This document shows positions 56,396 through 64,000 of a DNA stretch of 64,000 bases, in pieces. Source of the stretch: Planctomycetota bacterium (GTDB taxonomy: Bacteria; Planctomycetota; MHYJ01; WSZJ01); the NCBI GenBank assembly GCA_009773755.1, contig WSZJ01000030.1, positions 7,955 to 71,954 on the forward strand, in the 5' to 3' direction. Position numbers and translations under genes: made by a program. The notes under the pieces were generated by a model that saw nothing but the letters and a program-made list of their open reading frames with translations, searched no databases and had not been told where the DNA came from. Within the stretch, counting starts at the first letter, position 1. Every line of letters begins with the position of its first letter.

Positions 56396-56467
56396 TGGGC
56401 GATGACGGGATCGAACCGCCGACCCGCTGCGTGTAAAGCAGCCGCTCTGCCGCTGAGCTAATCGCCC
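56396..56467 (-). tRNA. tRNA-Val (anticodon UAC)
   Basis: The reverse complement GGGCGAT-TA-GCTC-AGCGGCA-GAGC-G-GCTGC-TTTACAC-GCAGC-GGGTC-GGCGG-TTCGATC-CCGTC-ATCGCCC-A folds as a 72-nt cloverleaf. The anticodon loop UUUACAC gives UAC. CCA is not encoded. Confidence 0.9.
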
Positions 56468-56551
56468 TTCAAGAGGATGATAGCTGAAGCTTGCCGGAAG
56501 CACCGTGCGAGTATTGTGTAATCGCTTAAATCTCGGTGGTATGATCCGCGC

Positions 56552-56785
56552 ATGGCACCTAAAAAGTCGAAACGCGGCCGCCCGCCGATGAAGCAGGGAC
56601 AGGCCAAGTCCATTCTGATCCAGGTCCGGGTCACGCCGGAAGAAGCGAAGGCGATCGAGGAGCAGGCGACGCAGTCGCACAAGCCGCGCTCCGAGTGGAT
56701 CCGCCGCAAGCTCGTGCAGCCCGGCGAACCGAAGCCGCCGCCGAAACCCGAGGAGCCGAAACCCCAGCCGCCGGCGAACCCATGA
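56552..56785 (+). CDS. ribbon-helix-helix (CopG/MobC-like) small DNA-binding protein with Pro/Lys-rich tail
   Basis: ILIQVRVTPEEAKAIEEQATQSHKPRSEWIRRKL is the beta-strand/helix/helix RHH pattern. Confidence 0.6.
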   Translation: MAPKKSKRGRPPMKQGQAKSILIQVRVTPEEAKAIEEQATQSHKPRSEWIRRKLVQPGEPKPPPKPEEPKPQPPANP

Positions 56786-57390
56786 GCGCCGACCCCGTCT
56801 GGGATGGCGCGCAATACGTCGAGCGGTGGGCAGGGGAAGTCAGAGTCAACCTGCTGCGGATCGTCGCGCTCGCGGCGTTTTATGGCTGGCACCTCTTCAA
56901 TTACCTGAACAAGGCGCCGGACCTCACGCCGCAGATCCATTTTGCGATCACGGCGGCCTGCCTCGTCTGGGGTCTCTCCGCGCTGGCGGTTCACCTCGCG
57001 CTCAACCGGCGGTATTGTCCTCCCGCGCTCCGGTACGGCGCGATCGCGATGGACGCGCTGATGGCGACGACCGTGCTGCTGGTGGCCGACGGGCCGAAGA
57101 GCCCGCTCGTCGTCGTTTACTTCCTCGTCGTCGCGAGCGCCGCCCTGCGCCTCGACCTCAAGGCCGTCTGGGTCGCGGTGCTCGCGGCCGTCCTCGGCTA
57201 CGCCACGCTCTGCGGCCAGGCGAAATGGCGCCGCCCGGAGATGAACGTCCCGCGCCGCGCGCAGGTCACCGTCGCCCTCGCCCTCGGCTGCGCCGGGCTC
57301 GTCGCCGGGCAGATGGTGCGGCAGGCGAAGCGGCTCGCGCGCGATTACGGCGAGAGGCTGACGGCGAAGGACGAAGAGGCAAAAGCGTGA
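56782..57390 (+). CDS. membrane protein (4-5 TM)
   Basis: ATGA overlap with the previous gene. Hydrophobic segments include LLRIVALAAFYGWHLF, ITAACLVWGLSALAVHLAL and AIAMDALMATTVLLVA. Confidence 0.6.
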   Translation: MSADPVWDGAQYVERWAGEVRVNLLRIVALAAFYGWHLFNYLNKAPDLTPQIHFAITAACLVWGLSALAVHLALNRRYCPPALRYGAIAMDALMATTVLLVADGPKSPLVVVYFLVVASAALRLDLKAVWVAVLAAVLGYATLCGQAKWRRPEMNVPRRAQVTVALALGCAGLVAGQMVRQAKRLARDYGERLTAKDEEAKA

Positions 57391-57836
57391 GCCACGTCCG
57401 TTGCCCGTGCTGCCGAACCGTCGCAGAAGCGACGTTCCGCTTCTGCTACGTCTGCGGTACTGAGTTCGCGACGGGCGGCCGTCTCAACGCGGCGGCGCCG
57501 CCGCTGGCTGCTCAGCAGGCGCGTACGGACTCTCGATCGTCCTCCGTGGCCATCTCCGTTCTCGGGGCGCTCGGCGCGGTTGGGGCGCTTCACGTCGTCC
57601 TCGTGCTCCAGATCCCGATGGTCCAGAAGCTCCTTCTGCTGGCGCTCGTCGGCGGGTTCGCCGCTTTCGGGTTCACCGCAGCGTTCAAGCGGGGAAGCGA
57701 GCACGCCGCTCTGGGCCGAGCGGTCCTCAGAGGATTCGCGGCGCTCGCGTGGGTGTTCCTGATCGGGTTTGTCGTCATCGTCGGCATCGTGATCTACCTC
57801 TTCATCCTCTGCGCCCAGCACGTCGGCAAGTTCTGA
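57387..57836 (+). CDS. zinc-ribbon membrane protein
   Basis: GTGA overlap. N-terminal CPCC...FCYVCG zinc ribbon, then 3 TM segments. Taken from the tail of ORF 56826..57836. Confidence 0.55.
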   Translation: MSHVRCPCCRTVAEATFRFCYVCGTEFATGGRLNAAAPPLAAQQARTDSRSSSVAISVLGALGAVGALHVVLVLQIPMVQKLLLLALVGGFAAFGFTAAFKRGSEHAALGRAVLRGFAALAWVFLIGFVVIVGIVIYLFILCAQHVGKF

Positions 57837-58276
57837 TGGGGCAATTCCGCTGCCTTAACTGCCGGACGGTGCCGCTCGAGGGACACCGCTTCTGTTACGT
57901 CTGCGGCGCCTCGTTTCCGGGCCCGGTCCCGGCGGCAGCTCTGCGCCCGGAGGTGGAGGTCGAAGGCTCCCTCGACATTCGCAGGACCGGAGTCACGATC
58001 GCAGGCCTGACCGGGCTGATTCTGCTCGGGGTCGCGAAGTCTCTCGCTTCCGATTCGAAAAGTTCGTGGCCGCTTGCGGCGCTCCTTCTGATGGCGGGAT
58101 CGTGCACGCTCGTCTGGGCGCTTCAGCCGCGGGGAGAACGGGCGAGCGCGGGCGGCGTGGCGCTCGACGTGCTGCGCACGGTCATTCTCTACCTGCTGCT
58201 TGCGCTCGCCGTCGGCGGCGGGTTGCTGATGCTGCTGATCGGAACGTGCCATTCGTTTGTCGGCAATACAAGCTAG
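57836..58276 (+). CDS. zinc-ribbon membrane protein (paralog of the previous gene)
   Basis: TGATG overlap. MGQFRCLNCRTVPLEGHRFCYVCGASF zinc ribbon plus 3 TM segments. Confidence 0.55.
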   Translation: MGQFRCLNCRTVPLEGHRFCYVCGASFPGPVPAAALRPEVEVEGSLDIRRTGVTIAGLTGLILLGVAKSLASDSKSSWPLAALLLMAGSCTLVWALQPRGERASAGGVALDVLRTVILYLLLALAVGGGLLMLLIGTCHSFVGNTS

Positions 58277-58288
58277 CATGGGAAATTC

Positions 58289-59692
58289 ATGAGCGCGCTT
58301 CGCGACTACACCTACCTCGGCCTGACGCAGTCGCTCTGCCCGAAGTGCCTCCGCCTCGTGCAGGCGAAGATTGCGGTGCGCGAGGGGCGGGTGTTTTTCC
58401 TCAAGACGTGCCCCCAGCACGGGAAGATCGAGGACTTCGTCTGCTCGGACGTGAACTACTACGACCGGCAGGAATTCTCGCGGCCGTCGCGGAAGCCGCT
58501 GTTCTATGCGACGGAAGCGCAGAAGGGATGCCCGTACGACTGCGGGCTGTGCCCGGAGCACGAGCAGCACACGTGCATCGGCCTGGCGGAGATCACGACG
58601 GCGTGCAATCTCGAGTGCCCGATGTGTTACGCGGTGAGCGGGCCGGGCGGGGTGCACTGGAGCTACGAGACTTACACGGAAGTGGTGGACCGCTTCGTGC
58701 GCGCGGAGGGCTCGCCCGACGTGCTGCAGCTTTCGGGGGGCGAGCCGACGATCCACCCTGAGTTCCTGCGGATGGTGAAGTACGCTTATTCGAAGCCGGT
58801 CCAGGTCCTGATGGTCAACTCGAACGGCATCCGCCTCGCCAACGACCAGCGTCTCGTCGACGGCCTCGCGGAATTCCGCGACCGCCTCGAGATCTACCTC
58901 CAGTTCGACGGGTTCGAGAAGAAAACGTGGGAGACGCTTCGAGGCGAATCCCTCCTCGACGTCAAGATGCGCGCCCTCGACAATCTCGCCGCGCGCGGCA
59001 TCCGCTCGACGCTCGTCTGCACCGTCCAGCACGGCCTGAACATGCACGAGATGGGCGCGATCGTGAAACTCGGGATGGAGCGCGAGTGGGTGCGCGGCGT
59101 CTCGTTCCAGCCCGCGACGTACTCCGGTCGCCACATCAATCCCGCCGACCTCCACAACCGCGCGACGATGCCCGACGTCGTCAAAGGCATCGTCGCCCAG
59201 ACCGGCGGCTGGCTCCGCGAGGACGACTTCATGCCCCTCCCGTGCGCCCACCCGAACTGCCACATGATGTGCTTCATCTGGCGCGGCGCCGGAGGGCCGC
59301 TTCCCGTCGGCCGGCTCGTCGACATCAAAAAAAACCTCGACCTCGTCGCCAACACGATCGTCTACACGCCGCACAAGGCGAAAAACGTCGTCGCGGAGTT
59401 TCTCAAGCGTGAAGCGGCGTGCTGCGCACCGGGCGAGTCCTGAGGTCCCGACGAGGCCCCGGCGGTGCCGGGATTCCTGGAAGCGGCGTTGGCGGAGAAG
59501 CTGACCGGCAAGGAAGTGTTCCGGATCACGCTGACGGCGTTTCTCGACAAGCACATCTTCGACGTGCGGCGCGTGATGAAGTGCTGCACGGCGATGCTGC
59601 TGCCGACGGGGCACACGGTGCCGTTCTGCGCGTACAACACCTTGTACCGGGACGGGACGGTGCCGCTGCCGCCGATTGCGGGAGCCCGTTGA
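58289..59692 (+). CDS. radical SAM enzyme (MJ0619/Tes-like architecture) interrupted by one in-frame TGA at 59441-59443
   Basis: CPKC...CPQHG ribbon, CPYDCGLCPEHEQHTC, the radical SAM CNLECPMCYA, and SGGEPT. ORF 59465..59692 is in the same frame and supplies the expected C-terminal KCC...PFCAYN motif. The junction reads ACCAPGES-TGA-GPDEAPAVPGFLE. Confidence 0.65.
59454..59478 (+). promoter_or_regulatory. candidate bacterial SECIS hairpin
   Basis: CCCGGC-GGU-GCCGGG perfect 6-bp stem (59458-59472), extendable by AGG/CCU. The apical GGU loop starts 20 nt after the UGA. Confidence 0.4.
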
Positions 59693-59693
59693 A

Positions 59694-60530
59694 ATGTCGC
59701 GGCCGTACTGGGCGGACGATCCGATGCGCCGAGGCATCTGGGCGTTGTTTGCGGTCGGCCTTTTCTTACTGACGTTCGGAGCGATCGCATTCTTCACCTG
59801 GGCGCGGATGCCCGACTTGGACGATCCACAAGGCCGCACGCGAGTTTCGAATGCGCAGATGTACGCCGTCTTCCAGATCCTCGCGCTTCTCACGGCGATC
59901 GCCCTTCGCCCGAAATCGCTGCTTCCCTGGCGCCGGCGCCTTGCGCTCTACGCGGGGGCGATTGCGGGGGCCGGGATCGGGTCGAAGCTGCCGTTTGCGA
60001 TCACGGGGAGCGAGCCGTTCTGGGCGGCGGGGGCGTGGTTTACGGACGGGAAGACGATTCTCGCGGGGATGGCGGGCGGGTACATCGGCGTCGAGATCGC
60101 GAAGCTCGTCGCGGGTATCCGGGAGAAGACCGGGGACGGCTTCGCGGTGCCGCTGGCCGCGGCTGTGGCGGTGGGGAGGTGGGGGTGCTGGTTCAACGGG
60201 TGCTGCTCGGCGCCAAACGTCCCGGTGCCGATCATCGAGAGTGCGTTCCACGCGACGATGGCCTTCATACTCTGGCGCCTGCAGCGGATTGACGCGCTGC
60301 GTCATCAGCGCCTGAAGTTGTACCTTATTTCCTACTGTATTTTCCGCTTCGGCATCGAATTCGTCCGCACCGAGCCTCGGATCGCGTGGGGCCTCACGGC
60401 GTACCAGTTCGGCGCGGCGGCGTTCGCGGCGGCGCTGGCGGTGCACTGGGTCGTGGACTCCAGGCTCTACGGAAGCGTGGAGACACGGGCAACGGCCCCG
60501 TGGCTGGGCGAAAAACTGCCGGAACGCTGA
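59694..60530 (+). CDS. Lgt-family (prolipoprotein diacylglyceryl transferase-like) membrane protein
   Basis: ATG 59694, 1 nt after the upstream stop. Multi-TM. AVGRWGCWFNGCC resembles the Lgt GR.GN/C..NGE/C motif. YCIFRFGIEFVR resembles the Lgt Y...RF..EF.R motif. Confidence 0.6.
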   Translation: MSRPYWADDPMRRGIWALFAVGLFLLTFGAIAFFTWARMPDLDDPQGRTRVSNAQMYAVFQILALLTAIALRPKSLLPWRRRLALYAGAIAGAGIGSKLPFAITGSEPFWAAGAWFTDGKTILAGMAGGYIGVEIAKLVAGIREKTGDGFAVPLAAAVAVGRWGCWFNGCCSAPNVPVPIIESAFHATMAFILWRLQRIDALRHQRLKLYLISYCIFRFGIEFVRTEPRIAWGLTAYQFGAAAFAAALAVHWVVDSRLYGSVETRATAPWLGEKLPER

Positions 60531-60645
60531 AAGGCGCGGAAAGGGCCGGAAAGGCACCGCCCGCCGCTCACCTCCTGACTCACTCCCCACTCCGCACTGC
60601 TCGCTACTCAATCCGCGATACTCAACACTCGATTCTCCGGATTCG

Positions 60646-61686
60646 TTAGTAGACCGGTCCTGCACTCTCAACCTTCCCATCCTTCGCAATCTTTACCAGC
60701 CGGCAAGCCGACGTCACCCCCCAGAACCCTCCATCCGCCGCTGTCGTAAATCCAGCCCAATACTCCGGCCACCCCGGCAGCCGGTCGACTTCAAACTTCA
60801 CCGCCGTCCCTCCATCCAGCGTGCAGATCGCCCCCGACCTCAACCCGCCTCCGATCGCCAGCTTCCCGTCCGCCGACCAGCCGCGCCCGTAGTTGTAGCT
60901 CGTCGTCACCTCGAAAATCGTGACTTCCCCCTTCGGCGTGATCCGCGCGCACACGTCGTCGTACGGCATGATCCACGCATACTCCCCGGCCGACATCACG
61001 CCCACTCTCCCTCGCGCCGTGAAAAACGTCTTCGCTTCCGCCAGCGGCTTCCCGGTCGGCGCCTCGAACCACTTCACGCTCGCCGACAGCGCGTCGTTCT
61101 TCTGGATCCACTCCTTCCGCGCCGCCCCCTTCAGCTCTTTCGGGATCGCGCTGTAGTCCGCCTTCGGTTCCGCCTTGTCCTCCTCCGGCTCCATCACCAC
61201 CACCGCTTTCGTCCCCGCCGCGTCGATTCCCGCCGAGCCGATCCTTCCTTTGATCGCCGTCTTTCCCTTCTCGACGCCGTCCGTCATCGACAGGAAGCGG
61301 ATCCCGTTTTCCTTCCCGGAGATCGCCAGGCAGAGGTCTGCCGTCGGCGCGAAGGCGCAGTCGCCCGCGTCCGCGACCTTCTGGACTTCTTTCCACGTTG
61401 AGGTATCGAAGAAGTGGAGAACCTCGTCGTCGTCCTCGAGGCACAGCCGTGTTCCGTCTTTGGAGAACGCGAGCGCGCCGACGCGCGCCTGGATCCAGAT
61501 CCGCTGCTTCACTTCGCGCGTCGCGGCGTCGAGCACATACAGCACGCGGTTCTCGCCGCCGCAGACGACGGTTTTCCCGTCCGGGCTTGCGGCCACGGCG
61601 CCGAGACCGCCCCATTCAGGGTCGCGGGCGGCCGAAATCGAAGCGCAGACAACGAGCAGGGCGAAGGCGGCGAGGGCGCGCGGCAT
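60646..61686 (-). CDS. secreted beta-propeller (WD40-like) repeat protein
   Basis: Internal ATG 61686. Signal peptide MPRALAAFALLVVCASISAA. Repeats SPDGKTVVCGGENRVLYVLD / SKDGTRLCLEDDDEVLHFFD. Confidence 0.65.
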   Translation of the reverse strand: MPRALAAFALLVVCASISAARDPEWGGLGAVAASPDGKTVVCGGENRVLYVLDAATREVKQRIWIQARVGALAFSKDGTRLCLEDDDEVLHFFDTSTWKEVQKVADAGDCAFAPTADLCLAISGKENGIRFLSMTDGVEKGKTAIKGRIGSAGIDAAGTKAVVVMEPEEDKAEPKADYSAIPKELKGAARKEWIQKNDALSASVKWFEAPTGKPLAEAKTFFTARGRVGVMSAGEYAWIMPYDDVCARITPKGEVTIFEVTTSYNYGRGWSADGKLAIGGGLRSGAICTLDGGTAVKFEVDRLPGWPEYWAGFTTAADGGFWGVTSACRLVKIAKDGKVESAGPVY

Positions 61687-62114
61687 GGGGATCTCCGGGG
61701 AATTGGAAGGCGCGAGGCTATTCCGGGGAGAGCCGGGATGCAAGGGAGGGCGGCTCGCAGGGTGCATGGCCGGTATTGCGGGGCCGCCCGGGAGTCCCCC
61801 TGCGTTCCGCCTCGGCAGCGGGAAACGGCAAAGGCAAAAAGGAGAATTCTCAAGGAAACGACAAGAGCCAAAGGACAAGTCAGGCAGCTTCGTGGATGCC
61901 GCGGATCATGGCGCTCAGCACACGAAGCGCGAACCGATTCGTCCGTTCGCGGATGTCGACTGGCTTGCCGGGAGGCGGCTTTCCGGGCATTTGTTTCTCC
62001 TCTTTGACTTTGGCGTTTGGCTTGGCGTTTCGCCGTTTTGAATTTGCCTTTTCGGGTCGCCCTCGAAGGTTATTGCAATACCGGCCATGCACCCCGGCTC
62101 GCACCACCGATCGA

Positions 62115-62549
62115 TCAACAGTGTTCCGGCGACACGATGACAGGGTCACGGGGCTTGTCTTTCGGCAGGGAGTCATTCCCCGGCTTCGAGATGAAAAGCG
62201 TTCTGAGCGCAGAGGCCGGGATTTTGAGCAGGCCGAAACCCGTGTTGAAGTCGAGCGTCGCGAAGTTCTCGATGCGGCCCTTGAAGACTTCCTCGCTCGT
62301 GGTCACCGTGTCGAACTCTCCCTCGCTCGCGTTTCCCCAGGCAAGGCCGCGCACGTCCTTCAGCGCGAACTTCAGCAAGCCGTGCCGGGTTTTCAGCTCG
62401 ATCGATGCGAGGTTCTCGATCGAACCCTTGATGAGGGATCCGTTCTTGAGCTGCACCTCCCAGCCAATCCCCTCTTCCTTCGGTTCCTCCGACAAACCGC
62501 ACAGGCTGCACAGCAGAGCGAGCACGAATCCGGCGGCGATGTGGCGCAT
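62115..62549 (-). CDS. small secreted hypothetical protein
   Basis: Internal ATG 62549. Signal peptide MRHIAAGFVLALLCSLCG. Internal duplication (GSIENLASIELKTRHGLLKFALKDV / GRIENFATLDFNTGFGLLKIPASAL). Confidence 0.6.
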   Translation of the reverse strand: MRHIAAGFVLALLCSLCGLSEEPKEEGIGWEVQLKNGSLIKGSIENLASIELKTRHGLLKFALKDVRGLAWGNASEGEFDTVTTSEEVFKGRIENFATLDFNTGFGLLKIPASALRTLFISKPGNDSLPKDKPRDPVIVSPEHC

Positions 62550-62577
62550 GACCGATCTCCCTGTCGAGTGATTGGAA

Positions 62578-63465
62578 CTAACAGTCGTGACGAAGCGCTT
62601 CGAGCGCGATCCGTGCTTCCCGCGCCGTCGACGGATCCTGCGCCTGGAGGACGGCGCGCTCGGCGAGGCGAAGAAGTGTCGCTTTGCTCTCCAGAATGCG
62701 GTTGGCGTCGTCCAGCCGGTCGCGCGCGCTTTCAAGCAGGTTGAGCAGGCGCAGGGCGCGAAGGGCGTGCTCTTCGAGACCGTCGCCGCTGCTCGCGATC
62801 GCGTTCGCATACGAACCGTCCGCGAGCCGTTCGGCCATCTGAATAGACTCGTTGAAAAACTCCGTCTCCGCAGGCCGCGCGACGCGGACCCAGGCCTCGA
62901 AGGCGGCGCTTGAAGCGCCTGCCGAGAGAGAGTGGCGCGCGGTCTCGCGGATGACCTCGTTCAGGTCGCGCGTGGCTGCGTCCTCGAGCGCGTCGACGGC
63001 CGCAACCAGTCGCGCGGGGTCGCCGTCGCGCAGCCGCAGGACGTCCGCCAGGTCGCGAATCGCGACAATCCGGGCGAACGGGTCCGGGGCACGGCGCGCG
63101 CGATCGAGCAAGTCTGCGAATCCGCCCTCGTCCAGGGGGATGTTGGCAGCCCTTCAGCCGAGGACAAAACCCTTCAGCCGGTCGTTGAGGGTCAGCTCCG
63201 CGGGCGTGCACCCCGGTTGCGGGTCGGCCGGCTTGACAGCCGCCGTTTCAAGCGGGACCGCGATCTCGATGGCCGCGGCGGACGATGAATTCGTCGCCGA
63301 ATCTGCAGGCGCCGCGGATGCGGCCTGAACAGGTTCCGCGATCGGCGCGGAGCCCACGGTGACCGGCAATGGGCGAAGCGCGACGACCGGTGCTGCCGCG
63401 CCGGAAGCGCACAGCAGCGCCAGCAGGATGACCTTCCTCGCCTTTCCACTTTCTTCGCTTCGCAT
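62578..63465 (-). CDS. secreted hypothetical protein interrupted by in-frame TGA at 63156-63154 (readthrough/Sec candidate or pseudogene)
   Basis: ORFs 63154..63465 (signal peptide VILLALLCASGAAA) and 62578..63111 are in the same frame. The downstream ORF begins only at TTG with no SD. The junction reads LKGFVLG-TGA-RAANIPLDEGG. Confidence 0.4.
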
Positions 63466-63585
63466 GGCTGCCTTCTCCGTGGATCTGGTCCCTCCACCTG
63501 AGTGACCGGAAGCGCCCGGTTCAATACCGGAAAATCGGATTCGCGGGGAACGGGGCGTTCACGCAGCCGGAATGGCTGAAGTAGA

Positions 63586-64000
63586 TTACTTCTCGCTGTT
63601 CTTGTCGGCGATCGCCTGCACGTAGCTCTTTCCGTTCGCGGCGAATTCCGGAAGCTGCTTCAGCTCATCGTCCGTCAGCGCGCGGTCCCAGATCGCGAGC
63701 TCGTCCATCGCGCCTGCGAACGCGGAAAAGGCCTGCCCACTCGACAGTTTCGACCTGCCGATGGTGATTGCTTCGGCCTCCGGCGCGGGCTTTTCGGGAA
63801 GGGTGAAGGGCGGCCGCTTCAGCTCCGGCCGTTCCGTGGGCCTGGGCGGGCGGCCTCCCGGCTCGCCTTTGAGGACGAAGCCGTCGTTGAGGACGCCGTC
63901 GACGGCGATGCGCACCGAGCGGTCGCCGTCCCAGACGACCGCGAGGTGATGCCATCCTTCGAAAATGCCGCGCGCGCCGGTCACGACGCCCGATTCCACG
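63586..64000 (-). CDS. LamG/concanavalin-A-like lectin domain protein, N-terminus beyond window
   Basis: GWHHLAVVWDGDRSVRIAVDGVL...FAGAMDELAIWDRALTDDELKQL is the Laminin_G_3 pattern. The frame is open to the window end. Confidence 0.65.
   Translation of the reverse strand, partial: VESGVVTGARGIFEGWHHLAVVWDGDRSVRIAVDGVLNDGFVLKGEPGGRPPRPTERPELKRPPFTLPEKPAPEAEAITIGRSKLSSGQAFSAFAGAMDELAIWDRALTDDELKQLPEFAANGKSYVQAIADKNSEK

Noticed and set aside
56289-56400. A short plus-strand reading frame, (V)RVAIFIDGKNFHAGWKDA..., that resembles the N-terminus of NYN/LabA-like proteins and runs into the tRNA-Val gene.
   Set aside because: Only about 18 residues match the pattern before divergence and a stop. 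It is a likely gene remnant at the island junction, not a functional CDS.
61880-61990. A 36-aa ORF tail, MPGKPPPGKPVDIRERTNRFALRVLSAMIRGIHEAA, resembling the start of four-helix-bundle (23S rRNA IVS-type) proteins.
   Set aside because: It is truncated after about 25 homologous residues, so it is a probable fragment. The long ORF 61880..62176 that contains it is otherwise Arg/Lys-rich noise.
1-64000. Global reassignment of TGA (genetic code 4 or 25) as the explanation for the three TGA-split genes.
   Set aside because: Many well-delimited genes here terminate at TGA at the expected length, often in ATGA/GTGA overlaps with the next start (hicB, dus, ogt, the hybrid kinase at 24946, the 56785 and 57390 junctions). 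TGA is therefore a normal stop, and only site-specific recoding is plausible.
1-64000. CRISPR arrays, rRNA genes, intact IS elements, transposases or integrases.
   Set aside because: I saw no regularly spaced direct repeats, no rRNA-like sequence, and no ORF with DDE or tyrosine/serine recombinase motifs.

Overview
This is a high-GC bacterial chromosomal segment. Hand counts of single 60-nt lines give about 77% GC at 9.3 kb, against 43-55% at 40.0-40.4 kb and 50% at 50.4 kb. All calls rest on reading the ORF track, my own translations and motif recall; no searches were run.

Positions 1-34.9 kb and 56.5-64 kb look like ordinary core genome:
- MoxR-like ATPase, hicBA, aldo/keto reductase, Maf, Dus
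- an ECF sigma/anti-sigma operon with secreted proteins
- a SpoIIE-type phosphatase, a 1616-aa Ser/Thr kinase, a FadB-like fusion and hybrid histidine kinases
- a LOG-family protein, Ogt, an MFS transporter flanked by two paralogous TPR-esterases, and a radical SAM/Lgt-like operon

Between about 35 and 56.4 kb lies a low-GC accessory region. It ends at the 3' end of a tRNA-Val(UAC) gene, and a degenerate copy of that tRNA end sits at 36.5 kb. It is packed with conflict-type genes:
- AbiEi/AbiEii, just outside the repeat
- an orphan class III nucleotidyl-cyclase-domain protein
- a 959-aa protein with an N-terminal PRTase-like domain
- a 958-aa PHP+ABC/OLD-type ATPase resembling the single-gene Ppl defence protein
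- a helical protein with a DUF4145/HEPN-like C-terminus
- a tightly coupled minus-strand operon: lipoprotein/coiled-coil, 9-TM membrane protein, lipase-like alpha/beta hydrolase, CHAT protease

I could not place that operon in any described system, and it is my best candidate for something new.

Three ORF pairs are each split only by an in-frame TGA followed by a hairpin. One is a thioredoxin-fold protein with a U-G-G-C motif, one is the radical SAM enzyme, and one is a secreted protein. The first is a strong selenoprotein candidate.

Several long palindromic or REP-like elements occupy convergent intergenic gaps. No CRISPR array, rRNA gene or intact transposase/integrase was seen.
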